64,000 nt of DNA. Origin: a virus. Position numbers and translations under genes: made by a program. Shown one piece after another: positions 20,854 to 31,010 of the stretch (positions within the stretch are counted from its first letter, which is position 1; every line of letters begins with the position of its first letter). The stretch spans positions 4,943 through 68,942 of the IMG/VR virus record IMGVR_UViG_3300017613_002552; one strand, given 5' to 3'. The notes below the pieces were generated by a model, which saw only the letters and a list, made by a program, of their open reading frames with translations, had not been told where the DNA came from and did not search any database.

Positions 20854-23800
20854 TAGCCGCTCCTGCTCTTTTCAACCCACCAATCATACACGCCTTCAAT
20901 TGCTGGCTGAATATCCTCCGGTCTCGCCGATCCATTGAGGATGATGTGTGGCGCGAAGGCTGGTACTTGCTGCTGCTGTTTTCCTGCCTGGAATGCTTTG
21001 TTGAGAACCTGGTCTAGCCTATCCAATGGCATCACAACCTCTCCGGCGTGCAGTTGAGCCACGGTATCTTGTAGCGTTATTCCGCCGACATCGAGACTTG
21101 GTAGTTGCGGTGCATTTATTTCACCTATTGGGAAAGGCCACTGATCGCCAAACCCGATGACGCTGGCTGCGTCGTTGAGTGTCCGTATTAGGCTGTTGAC
21201 AGAATTTGCCACACTGTTTATTACGTCTTGCAATGGCCCACGCAAATGGTTGTTCCAGATACCCTTCACTGCGCCGGAAAGACTAACTGTTGCCCGATTG
21301 ATCCCCTCAGAAATAGAGCTTATAATCGTCTCTCCAATGGACCGCCCTGCATCAGCGAAGCGACTTAGTACGTCCTGCGCGTTGACCGCACTAACAACAC
21401 TGGAGAGCCAGCCACCAATCTTACCCATTATTCCATCGGGGCCAAGAATTCGCTCCCTGAATCCATCGACAATTCCAGATGCAACGCTCACCGCTGAATT
21501 GAAAAACATTTCAGCGGTCCCCTTCACCTTCTCCGAGATATCGAAGAACCACATATCAACCTCTGCAAAGATATGCGCGATTTCGTTCTGAAAGCTATTG
21601 AAAATCTCAATTGCTGCCGTTGTTGCAGATTGGAGGAACATTTCAGCCGTTCCACTTACCTTTTCTGAGATATCATAGAACCACATATCAATCTCATTCA
21701 AGATACCAAGGACCTGAGACTTAAAGCCTGTGTAAACCTCAATTCCAATGGCTGTCGCCGATGCCGCAAAATCGGCAACCATATTAAAAATCGCTGTCGG
21801 AATGCTGGCAATTAGTGTTAGAACTTCACTTACCATCTCTGGTATGATTGAATTGCCCACAAGAATATTATACGCTTCCTGGAACGGCGCGACAATTATG
21901 CCGACAATGCTACCCACCGCATTAACGATTCCTTCAACCATTCCGTCGATTGCCGATACAATTGGATCGATCAGGCTGGCTATTGCGCTTGGGTCCATGC
22001 CGAGGATTTTCCCAATCGCCTCCACCAGTTCCGCTGCATCTACAGCAAGGGCAGCCATGTTCCCGGATGCGAGGTCAATGAATATCTGGGTTAGTTCGCT
22101 GAAGAACATTATGATCCCATCGGCAACCGGTGCAAACTTCAGCAGCGTGACAAGGAGGCCCTTCATGATCAAGGCCATCCCGCTCTCTACAATAGACGTG
22201 GCGTGTGAGGAAAGCTGACTGAGCAGATCAACGAATTGCGAGACAAATGGAATTTTTGTAGCTAGGATCAGGAGCCCACCTATCATACTGATGAGGTTTT
22301 CCTTTGCTATTCTGAACCCCTCTTTTACCCTATCTACAATCTCGGAATTCTCTTCAAGTAATGTCTTGATTCTTCCAGAAATAAATTCTTTCACTTTTCC
22401 GAGGAATAACCCGCCATACACAAAGGCCAACTTCAAGAGCCTTTGTAGATTATCGAATGCTTGAATCGGCAGCTTTAGAATATTTAGCTGATCCATAAGC
22501 AAGACCAACTTATCGAGGCCAGTGAATTCAAGGACGCCAGTTATTGTATTGACGATAATTTCATTTATCTTCTCAACGACCTGGTTTTTTATTTCAACTA
22601 TAGCCTCCTGGAGCTTTTTTTGGATTCCCGTGATTAGCCCCGGAATTCCATCTTCAAGACTTAGGCCCATTTTGTCAAGCCACTTGTTAAAGATAATCGA
22701 GAACTGCGGTGGTTCATCGTACTCGTCCCAACCATCTATATTCTCTTCGAGTTCCTGAATATTTTTCAGCAGGTTCTCTCCAACGTCTTCAATTGCCTCT
22801 GCTGCTTCATCGATTTTCTCCTCAACCCCCTCAAGGGCCTTGGCATAATCTTCTTCGGCCTTCATTCTTTGATCGAGTAGAATAGAAAGGAGTTGAGCAT
22901 GAGCGGCAACTTCTCTGGCATGTTCCTGCGCCTCGGCAAGTTGCTTATTCTCCTCTTCGGATGCGGTCTGATTCGCTCGCCGCAAGCCTTCAATTTGCTC
23001 CTGGGCAAATTCCGCCCTTTCCTTTGCAGCTTCAAGTTGCTCCTCAAGGGCAGTAAATTGGGATTCATACTGTTCTGCAACTTCGGCGCGGACCCGCTCT
23101 ATTTCGGTCTGAATCTGTTCCTGAACGTCTATTTGACTTTGGATTTCGTCTCGTCGTCTCTGAGCCAGTTCCATTTGGGCAGCAGCATTGATCTCTTCCC
23201 AGGTCAGGATATTCAATCCATACTTTGACGCACCGGCCCGAACCCTCTGTAACCTTGCCTGTGCCCGACGAATATCCCTATTTGCTTCTTCCAGTTGGCG
23301 ACCAAGCTCATCCATCAGCTTCTCGTCAACCATCAGATTCATAACTTCAAGCCTAGCCTCAACCTCGGCTTCTATTCGCTCTTCCAGCGCTTTAACTTCA
23401 TCCTGGATAGCTTTCATGCCATCGGTTATGGAGCGCAACCGCTCTTCCGCCGCCTTTATTGCTGTTGCCCTTGCTTCCCTTGCAGCATTGATCTTCTCCT
23501 GAAGATTGTTGAAAACTTCCTGGGCCTGCATCGCATCAAACATTGCTTCAACGACAGCGGCAACATCTTGGGCGTAGACTGTCATGGTGCCAACGATTAG
23601 CTCACGCAAGGCGCTAAGATCGAGCGGTCCACCGGTTGCCCTGGCTTCAGCAATGGCACCGGCAACAGCTTCCCTCACCTGGATCATGGCCTGTGCAACT
23701 TGGGCACCTGCGCTCTCTGCGTCCCCAACAAGAGAAGTGATTCGTTCCCGAACTAGACTAAGTGCCCTGTCTAAAATGCTAAAGTCCGCAACCTCGAACG

Positions 23801-26800
23801 CAGTCAGGAACGCTTCAAAGACGTTCTTTCCCCAGTCTTCAATTTCAGAGAGTTTTCCTTCCTTCGGCGGGGAATGACCTTCAAGGAAGCTACCCAGGAG
23901 CCTTCCAACCGTGTCCATTGCTGGCCCAACTGCCCTGGCAGCCTTGCCGACGATTGCATCCATGAACACGCCAATTATGTTGTCACCCCAAGCCTTTGCG
24001 CTTCCAGACAAACCAGAAAGGCCAGTGAACATTCCTTCGTCAAAGGCTATCTTCCTTCGGCGCAAGCTGCGCTCGAACTCAGACATGATCCCGGTTCCCC
24101 ACGATCCAATATTGGACAGAGGGCCTTTCTTCGCCGGGCTATGACCCTCAAGGAACATGGAAATCAGATTGCCAATTTGTGTCATGGCTCCAGGTATTGC
24201 TTCTCTGGCGCGTGCGATCAAGCCGGTCACGAACGATGAGATCAGCGCCTTGCCCCACTCATAGGCGCTTACAACAACCTCCTGGAAAAACTCAACGGCC
24301 CAGGTGATTATGTATTTACCTGCGTCCTCCAGCTTGCCAAAGAAACCTTCCCAATCTTGACTCAGTAAATCCCCAATTGCCCCCAGGACCTTATCGACTA
24401 CCGTGTAAACAACGGTAAACAAATCAGAAAGGACAATCTTTGCCTTTTCCAAGAACTCCATTAGTTCCGGGTGCTCATCAACAAAGCTGCCAACTTTGGA
24501 TTTCAAGTCGTCTATAATTCTACTGATACGGTAGGAAATCACGCCGAAGTGAGTTTTGATCATTTTCAAGAACGAACTGATCCAGTCAGCGATTGGTTGT
24601 AGCGCCCCTGTCACTTCCCCGATGTTGTCGATTAGGTACTGAACCCTATTGGCAATGCCCTCAACCCCCTCACCCTCGGCTTCGATTTTGAAGAAGAGTT
24701 TCCCAAGGGCAGCGGCAGCTATGCCAATCACGCCGACGAGTAACTGAAATTTACCGGTCAAAATTCCAATGACCGGCTTCAAGATTGTCAGAACACCCTT
24801 GATCTTCGGCAGAGCAACAGTCAACGAAAGACCAATTCCAGAAATCGCCGTTGCTATGGTTATGAAGGTCGTCACTGCTTGCTTTGTCTCTGCCGGAATC
24901 TTGGTAAGAATCTTGAGAAGTTTGTTGAAGTTGAAAATGATGGTAGCAAGAATTGGCTCAAAGTACTTGCCCCATTCAAGACGAAGCTCTTCAAGATACC
25001 TCTTCATCGAGCCAAGTTGCTTACTTGCCGTTTTCATCGCCTCTTCGTATACGCCTTGCACCTTGGCGCTTTCCCGCATCAAGCCCGAAATCAGAGCCTC
25101 GTAGCGCTGGCGCTCGGAAAGTTGTTTGACCGTCAGGCCAAGGGCATCTGCGTATTCCTTGAGCATGACAGAAGCATTCTTGGAAATTCCAATCGCATCC
25201 AATAGCTGGCTATTCCCCGTTTGAACAAATTGAATGAACCGGGAGAAGGCAGCAGAAGAATCGGTATTCATGGACACAGCAAGGTTCTGTGCAGACCGCG
25301 CCATATCCTTAATAGAAAAGCTTGCCTCCATGATCGGATCGTTCCAATTGGTCGGAAGCTTGGCTCTCATAAATTGAGTCAGGGCGTTGGTTGCAGCACG
25401 AGTAGTGATTCCAGTATCTTTCAATACTTCAACCCAACGATCCATCGCATCGGTACTGTAGCCTGTGTTCTTGGCAACAGCCCTCATTGTGATACCAAGT
25501 GTAGTTACTTCACTCGCCAGTTTCCCAGTGGAGATGATCAGGCCAGAAAATGCAGCGATGATACCGGCAGAAATAAACTTTACCGTTGAAAGGGCCTTTA
25601 CAATCGAGCCACTTTCGCTCTCAGCAACAGAGGCCATATTGGTCATAACCTCATCCATTGCCATGCCCATCTCCCTACCGCCATGAGCCACCGACATGAA
25701 CATTGGATCAAGATCGGCGAGAGCGTAACTGACCACATCTGTAGTCTGTTGGACCCCGTTGCCCATTCTTGAAAAGGTCCTCTGCACGTTGTCAGCCATC
25801 GCGCCTGACTCTTTTTGTGCCCGACCAATCATGGGGATGAACCGACCGATTGCTCCCCTTATCCCGCCGATCCTCTTCCCTGTTTCAAGAAAGGAGTTGT
25901 TGAGCTTTTCATTTGTTGCCTCAAGTCGCTCCTCGTGAGCGCCAAGCTCTCGAACTGAACGGCTGGCGATATTGATGTTCTCGGTCATCTGCCCGAACCA
26001 GTTAGAAAGACCTGGTATATTGGCAAGGCCGGTCTTCGAGGCGTTGCTGAGTTCTCGGCCAAGGCCACCAATGGCGTGCTCTATGTCTCGGATTCTCTCA
26101 CCGCTGACCCTGCCCGTATTCTGTAAGGTTGTCAGGAAGTGCCTGGTGTTGTCCTCAAGCTTGTTCAGTTGGGAGCCAATTGCTGAGATATTACGAGTGT
26201 AAACGACTTTCATCGAGCGGATTCTATCTGCATCCGCCGCGTTCTTTCTTTGTATGTCAGCTATATCTTCAGCGGTTAGGTCCTTGTTTTGCTCTGCTTC
26301 CCGCGCCCTGGCTGCCATCCGCTTCTTTATGCTGCGGATGTTTTCTTCAAAGAGGCGAGAGAATACCTGCTGCTGGTTTTTCAATGAAGAAGCAACGGTA
26401 TCAATTCGCTTGCTCGTAGCAAGCATGGAACCGTCGATCTGCTTCGCATCGCCGCTGAGTCGCCTGAACATTCCGCTAAGTCTTTCAGCGTAACCACTCA
26501 GGTTCCGTACTGAGCTAACCGTCTTGTCAGAGAAAAATCCAAGTCTCTGTCCAAGATCGCCAACGGCATCAACCATGATCGGCATAGCCCCGGCGAGGCC
26601 CACCCCCTCGGCACGGGCAAGCTGGAAGGATCGAGCAACACCACCCATCGCCTCAACGATGGTTGGCCTCATCTCGCGCATTGAGTACTCTACCTGTAGC
26701 GCTGAGTCTCTTAGACCAAAGCCGAAATCAACGAACTTTTGCTCTATTTCTTTCAGCCTGATGCCAATAATATTTGCTTCTTCATGGAGACCGGCGTCGA

Positions 26801-27446
26801 TGGCTGCCTTTTGCTTATCAAGCAAGCTTATGTACTCAGCTTCGAGGTCCGGCGACATTGAGGCTATTCGGCTCCGAATTTGCTCTGGCAGGAAGGAGAG
26901 TGCATCCTCAATTTGCTTGCTGCTCATCCTTGTTATTTGGCGACTCAAATCTTCAACTGCTGCCACGGCGGGAGTGAAAGTCTCAACGCTCTGCTGCATT
27001 CGCCCAAGTGCCTGATCGAAACCTTCAGCCATCTTGTTCGACGCTGCGACGACATTCTCAGTGATGCCGCCCATGCGTTCAAATTCTTTTTCCGTAGCAT
27101 CAATACCGTCTGGAACAATGGACCTGTGAACAACCTTATCCCACGTACTCTTCCATGTGCCCTCGATTCGGCCCTTGATCGAGTCCATGATAGAGCCGAT
27201 ACTTGAAGAGTGATCCTTGAAGACTCTCTCGACGGCATCTGTGCCGCTCTCTACGGTGCGCTTTACATTCGATATCCCATAGTCGAAATCCGAGAATTGG
27301 CGCTCTACCCCAGAGAAGGTTTTGTTGAACTGATCTTCAAGGCGCTCCGCGCTTCGCTGAAGTCTTTTGATCTGCGCTTCTGCGGCTCTTGTATCTATAT
27401 TGGGGCGTATTTCACTCTCGAAAAGGAGTTCTACTTGCTCTGCCAT
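20853..27446 (-). CDS. tail tape measure protein
   Basis: 2197 aa helical/coiled coil with hydrophobic stretches; duplicated HSP.K.G.LS motif; GG...AQLHAGEVVMPL; follows chaperones. Confidence 0.93.
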   Translation of the reverse strand: MAEQVELLFESEIRPNIDTRAAEAQIKRLQRSAERLEDQFNKTFSGVERQFSDFDYGISNVKRTVESGTDAVERVFKDHSSSIGSIMDSIKGRIEGTWKSTWDKVVHRSIVPDGIDATEKEFERMGGITENVVAASNKMAEGFDQALGRMQQSVETFTPAVAAVEDLSRQITRMSSKQIEDALSFLPEQIRSRIASMSPDLEAEYISLLDKQKAAIDAGLHEEANIIGIRLKEIEQKFVDFGFGLRDSALQVEYSMREMRPTIVEAMGGVARSFQLARAEGVGLAGAMPIMVDAVGDLGQRLGFFSDKTVSSVRNLSGYAERLSGMFRRLSGDAKQIDGSMLATSKRIDTVASSLKNQQQVFSRLFEENIRSIKKRMAARAREAEQNKDLTAEDIADIQRKNAADADRIRSMKVVYTRNISAIGSQLNKLEDNTRHFLTTLQNTGRVSGERIRDIEHAIGGLGRELSNASKTGLANIPGLSNWFGQMTENINIASRSVRELGAHEERLEATNEKLNNSFLETGKRIGGIRGAIGRFIPMIGRAQKESGAMADNVQRTFSRMGNGVQQTTDVVSYALADLDPMFMSVAHGGREMGMAMDEVMTNMASVAESESGSIVKALSTVKFISAGIIAAFSGLIISTGKLASEVTTLGITMRAVAKNTGYSTDAMDRWVEVLKDTGITTRAATNALTQFMRAKLPTNWNDPIMEASFSIKDMARSAQNLAVSMNTDSSAAFSRFIQFVQTGNSQLLDAIGISKNASVMLKEYADALGLTVKQLSERQRYEALISGLMRESAKVQGVYEEAMKTASKQLGSMKRYLEELRLEWGKYFEPILATIIFNFNKLLKILTKIPAETKQAVTTFITIATAISGIGLSLTVALPKIKGVLTILKPVIGILTGKFQLLVGVIGIAAAALGKLFFKIEAEGEGVEGIANRVQYLIDNIGEVTGALQPIADWISSFLKMIKTHFGVISYRISRIIDDLKSKVGSFVDEHPELMEFLEKAKIVLSDLFTVVYTVVDKVLGAIGDLLSQDWEGFFGKLEDAGKYIITWAVEFFQEVVVSAYEWGKALISSFVTGLIARAREAIPGAMTQIGNLISMFLEGHSPAKKGPLSNIGSWGTGIMSEFERSLRRRKIAFDEGMFTGLSGLSGSAKAWGDNIIGVFMDAIVGKAARAVGPAMDTVGRLLGSFLEGHSPPKEGKLSEIEDWGKNVFEAFLTAFEVADFSILDRALSLVRERITSLVGDAESAGAQVAQAMIQVREAVAGAIAEARATGGPLDLSALRELIVGTMTVYAQDVAAVVEAMFDAMQAQEVFNNLQEKINAAREARATAIKAAEERLRSITDGMKAIQDEVKALEERIEAEVEARLEVMNLMVDEKLMDELGRQLEEANRDIRRAQARLQRVRAGASKYGLNILTWEEINAAAQMELAQRRRDEIQSQIDVQEQIQTEIERVRAEVAEQYESQFTALEEQLEAAKERAEFAQEQIEGLRRANQTASEEENKQLAEAQEHAREVAAHAQLLSILLDQRMKAEEDYAKALEGVEEKIDEAAEAIEDVGENLLKNIQELEENIDGWDEYDEPPQFSIIFNKWLDKMGLSLEDGIPGLITGIQKKLQEAIVEIKNQVVEKINEIIVNTITGVLEFTGLDKLVLLMDQLNILKLPIQAFDNLQRLLKLAFVYGGLFLGKVKEFISGRIKTLLEENSEIVDRVKEGFRIAKENLISMIGGLLILATKIPFVSQFVDLLSQLSSHATSIVESGMALIMKGLLVTLLKFAPVADGIIMFFSELTQIFIDLASGNMAALAVDAAELVEAIGKILGMDPSAIASLIDPIVSAIDGMVEGIVNAVGSIVGIIVAPFQEAYNILVGNSIIPEMVSEVLTLIASIPTAIFNMVADFAASATAIGIEVYTGFKSQVLGILNEIDMWFYDISEKVSGTAEMFLQSATTAAIEIFNSFQNEIAHIFAEVDMWFFDISEKVKGTAEMFFNSAVSVASGIVDGFRERILGPDGIMGKIGGWLSSVVSAVNAQDVLSRFADAGRSIGETIISSISEGINRATVSLSGAVKGIWNNHLRGPLQDVINSVANSVNSLIRTLNDAASVIGFGDQWPFPIGEINAPQLPSLDVGGITLQDTVAQLHAGEVVMPLDRLDQVLNKAFQAGKQQQQVPAFAPHIILNGSARPEDIQPAIEGVYDWWVEKSRSG

Positions 27447-27473
27447 GTTCTATACCTCAAAAGGAGGGCCTTG

Positions 27474-27941
27474 TCAGCCCTCCTTTAGTGGAATCATACG
27501 TTCGCCGGGCCGACTCTTGTACGGCTGGCCGTTCTCGTCAACTATCTCACCCGTACTGAGCCTGAAGACTTTTCTCCCGCTGACATCTGCATACCCACTG
27601 GCAGCACCCTTCCTCCCAAACATCTTCACGTCACCACCGGTGAGGGCATCGAGTATCATCTGAACAGGGTTATCGTTCTGCCGTCGCTCCTCCTGGTATG
27701 GAGGTACGTGCTTGTAGTCTTTCGGGTCCCCTCCGGCGAGAAGAAAGTTCTCATACCTCTTCTTCTCGTCAACATCCATCGCCACGCTCAGTAAGCAGTA
27801 CCAATCTGGCACCGGCACATCGAATTGGAGGTACGTCAATTCGATGTTGCACTTCTCGGCAATGAGTTGTGCTTGTTTCCACCAAGCAAGTAAGTCTACG
27901 CCAGGCTCACCACCATCGCTGGCGTACCTGCTTAGTTTTTT
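27474..27941 (-). CDS. tail assembly chaperone gpT segment (translated by -1 frameshift from gpG)
   Basis: Frame open from the slippery site to TGA 27474: KLSRYASDGGEPGVDLLAWWKQ...TYLQFDVP... Confidence 0.85.
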   Translation of the reverse strand, partial: KKLSRYASDGGEPGVDLLAWWKQAQLIAEKCNIELTYLQFDVPVPDWYCLLSVAMDVDEKKRYENFLLAGGDPKDYKHVPPYQEERRQNDNPVQMILDALTGGDVKMFGRKGAASGYADVSGRKVFRLSTGEIVDENGQPYKSRPGERMIPLKEG

Positions 27942-28300
27942 AGGGCTTCATCTGCCTCGTCTTCACCAAGTCCGGCCATCGAAGCGAAGCTTGCGCCCAA
28001 AACTGCATTCAAGGATTCAACGTATGTGATGTTTTCCAACTCTTCTGCTGTCACCCCAAGAAGTGCTGGCAGGCCGGTTGACCAGAACCAGTCATCGGCA
28101 AGCATTTCGCCGACCACCGAGAATGCTTCAGCACCCTCATCATCAGAGCCGATGAACCGACCAAGCTTGTTCATCACATAGTTTACGGCCTGTACGCCGC
28201 GCTTACCCTTCGGCTGCTGCCACTCCACCTTTTCGCCGCCAAGCTTGAACGATTTGAAACCGGTGTACTTTTCCTCTACTGTCTTCTTCTCTTCTGCCAT
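27932..28300 (-). CDS. tail assembly chaperone gpG
   Basis: Between major tail and tape measure genes; ends in a slippery site. Confidence 0.85.
   Translation of the reverse strand: MAEEKKTVEEKYTGFKSFKLGGEKVEWQQPKGKRGVQAVNYVMNKLGRFIGSDDEGAEAFSVVGEMLADDWFWSTGLPALLGVTAEELENITYVESLNAVLGASFASMAGLGEDEADEALKN
27935..27941 (-). other. -1 programmed ribosomal frameshift heptamer A AAA AAC
   Basis: CTA AAA AAC TAA at the end of gpG; -1 frame is continuous with 27474..27839 ORF. Confidence 0.88.
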
Positions 28301-28309
28301 CTCTCTCTC

Positions 28310-28966
28310 CTAGTAGCAGTACATATTTCCGAGGCGATTGCCACGGTCATGGGCCAGAACGGGTCGCGCCTGGAATTCAATGGCAAGCTCATTGATTGCC
28401 TTGGCGTCCATCGTATCCCAGTTCAGGCCAGATGTCGAAATCACATCGTACAGCGTGATGATGATTGCAGTGATACCGGCTTGCACATCCTCGGAGGTTG
28501 GGGCGTTGCACGCAGCGTTGGCCGCCTCGATGCACAGCGGCCTCGTGTCCATTGTGCATTTCCCACCAAAGGTGAGCAGGGTCTCGGTGTCTGAAGCGAA
28601 ATCTCGGCGGATGCCGGAGCCCAGTGCGAGTTGGAGCACTGCCATATCGAATTGACGCAGGCCAACTGACACACTTGTCTCTTCGCCAGACATATTCCAG
28701 ATTGATGCATCCTGGATGTTGGCGCTCTCAACGGGTTCATAGGTCGGAACGTGAGAGAAGCCAAGACTTGCCAGGGTTCCCAGGTCAACGGATGCGCCAC
28801 TGGCAAGCCCAATGCTCGCCGTGTACGCAAGATAGGTCGCCGATTCAGTTTCCAGCGATCCGTAGAGGTTGGCGTTACCAAGCAGGACCCGGCTCTCTGC
28901 CTGAACAAGCAATTCCTCAACGATGGTCGGGGCACTGGCCCCTGACGCATAATACGTTCCGGCCAT
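28310..28966 (-). CDS. major tail (tube) protein
   Basis: 218 aa, GAGGAGG SD, position upstream of chaperones. Confidence 0.75.
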   Translation of the reverse strand: MAGTYYASGASAPTIVEELLVQAESRVLLGNANLYGSLETESATYLAYTASIGLASGASVDLGTLASLGFSHVPTYEPVESANIQDASIWNMSGEETSVSVGLRQFDMAVLQLALGSGIRRDFASDTETLLTFGGKCTMDTRPLCIEAANAACNAPTSEDVQAGITAIIITLYDVISTSGLNWDTMDAKAINELAIEFQARPVLAHDRGNRLGNMYCY

Positions 28967-28967
28967 G

Positions 28968-29333
28968 TTATTCCTCCTCTTTTATCCTGCCAGCTTCCCT
29001 TTCTGGTTTCGTCCTGACAGGACTCTTCAAATCTTTCTTCGGTTTTGCTTTCACTTCAACGGCAACTGGTTTGAGATCGTAAACCCACTGAGGTATCTCA
29101 CGAACCTGCCTCGCCGACGCTGAGTGCGGCAGGAAGACGCGAACCTTTCCGTCGAACGGCAGGGCCTTGCCACAGCAGGGATCGCCGAGTACCGCAAGGA
29201 TACCCTCGTAATCGTGCTCAGAGACCGGCGTGCCAGTTGGCTCCACCAGATACTCAGCACCAGTGACCGGGCCAGTAGCCCTTGTGTTCCCCCGCTCACT
29301 TTTGACGCTGACAAATTTGACGCCCATCAGCAC
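28968..29333 (-). CDS. hypothetical neck/tail protein
   Basis: Tightly packed in the operon. Confidence 0.6.
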   Translation of the reverse strand: MLMGVKFVSVKSERGNTRATGPVTGAEYLVEPTGTPVSEHDYEGILAVLGDPCCGKALPFDGKVRVFLPHSASARQVREIPQWVYDLKPVAVEVKAKPKKDLKSPVRTKPEREAGRIKEEE

Positions 29334-29857
29334 TCCTCCAATTGGAAAGAAATTGTACTGTATAGAATTGGCACTACGATTTCTTCAGAGACATCCGACC
29401 AGTTATGGTCCATATTTACAACGGTCACTTCCCTGTCCCCGCCGCGCTGTGTTGGCAACTTGAATGTTGGACCATCATCCGGCGACGGTGCAGAAAAACT
29501 GACCCCTCTCAGTAGTGCGACAATCCTGTCAGACAGAATTCTGAAATCAAGGGCCACGTCCTCGAAAGCAGCCTCTTCGCCGTAAGTCGCTGAAGCAGCA
29601 TCGGCGATATGGATGGTGCAATCGTAGAAACACTTCTCTACTGGCCTGGCGACATTTCCGCTACCCGGAAAGGACATTGAAGTCACTTTCCTTACCTGGG
29701 CCATAACAAAGTAGTAGTCATTTGGCGCAGAAAGTGGCGTAACCGCTACCGTGTTTAGCTTGCGAGGCTGACCCTGATGGTTGAAACCATCAATGAGTGT
29801 GTCCTCATTTGCTGACATTAACTCTCGCATTGCGAGAAGGCAAGCTCTCTGGTTCAT
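29327..29857 (-). CDS. putative tail terminator
   Basis: Size and synteny between neck and tail tube genes. Confidence 0.55.
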   Translation of the reverse strand: MNQRACLLAMRELMSANEDTLIDGFNHQGQPRKLNTVAVTPLSAPNDYYFVMAQVRKVTSMSFPGSGNVARPVEKCFYDCTIHIADAASATYGEEAAFEDVALDFRILSDRIVALLRGVSFSAPSPDDGPTFKLPTQRGGDREVTVVNMDHNWSDVSEEIVVPILYSTISFQLEEC

Positions 29858-30444
29858 GCGGCAGTAAGCCCCTCGTCCAACATTGCATCCTTGATAAAGC
29901 CTGCAATTCCCTCTTTTACAAGCACAACGCTGCTATCTAGCACGGCATCGGCAGCCTCTTGCGGGAATGGATTCGCCTGAGTTCCAGGATGAGGCACGCT
30001 CGAATGCTTTCTCATCCCAGGTGCCCTGCCATCGAGAGCAGGCCAAGGGTGTGGAGAGCCCCACCAGTAGTAGCAGAAAGCATCAGGACTAGCAGGTATA
30101 GGGTGTCGCCTTGTCTTGCCAACATAGAAAGCAATGTGCTCCGAGATGTTGCCAATCCAGATTCGGACTCCCTCGCTGGTGTCCTCCACGCCGCTCTGCC
30201 ATCCCTGACTAATTGGCGTGTGCCCAAGCCTCTCGGAAACGGTCTGGCCGGTATTGTGCTCGATGTGGCCGTAAGGTTGCCTTGCCGCCATTTCCTGAAG
30301 GTAGAGATCGAGCGCTTCTTGGGCAGTGCTTCTCAGGTGCCCACGGAATCCAACCCGATCTCCTATCTTTCTCAGGACATTAAGGACCCGATCAAGAATC
30401 ATATTCCGATTAGGCTCTGCCTGTTCGTAGCCATGTGATCCCAC
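29854..30444 (-). CDS. putative tail completion / HK97-gp10-like neck protein
   Basis: HPGTQANPFPQEA C-terminal motif typical of this class; synteny. Confidence 0.6.
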   Translation of the reverse strand: MGSHGYEQAEPNRNMILDRVLNVLRKIGDRVGFRGHLRSTAQEALDLYLQEMAARQPYGHIEHNTGQTVSERLGHTPISQGWQSGVEDTSEGVRIWIGNISEHIAFYVGKTRRHPIPASPDAFCYYWWGSPHPWPALDGRAPGMRKHSSVPHPGTQANPFPQEAADAVLDSSVVLVKEGIAGFIKDAMLDEGLTAA

Positions 30445-31010
30445 GTCTGGCTCGTTGAAACGCCGTACCTGGTTCGCACCTGTTGAATCATATCGGTGTA
30501 TTCACTAAGTGTTTGGTGTCTGGTTACATCGATATAGCCCATCAGATAATCGGTGATCGGTCCCTGCGGGTCCCTGACAAAGCCCTCGGCGGGAGAGCCT
30601 GGGCGGTAGTCGCACCTGAAACCAAACCCAGATTTGACTACCTCTTCGAGCATCCCCTGGTACTCTCTGGTGAGCCAGTTTGAAGAACTGCCGCGATTAC
30701 TACCAATCGATGGTGCAGGTTTCACAATTGGACCAGCAACCGCACCAGCAACACCAAAGGCATTCATCAGTGCGAGCATGTATGTCTGGTGTTCGGGCCA
30801 ACTTTCACCACTTATCTCTTGGAAAGGTACAAAGAATCCAGCCTGCGCAAACTTCGCGCCAATCTAACCGCCGTACTGCCCGATCAGGTTGTTGACAGCA
30901 GTCTTTGTTGGTATTGTAGCCTCAGTGAAATCCGTAGCCTGCTTGATCAGGTTCGGAAGTAAAGCTGCAACATCACTGCTCTCACAGTACGGCGCGGTTG
31001 GAGCGGCCAT
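30399..31010 (-). CDS. head-tail adaptor interrupted by an in-frame TAG at codon 49 (30864-30866)
   Basis: ATG directly after capsid TAA; MAAPTAPYCESSDVAALL...QYGG*IGAKFAQAGF... continues in frame into 30399..30779. Confidence 0.7.
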
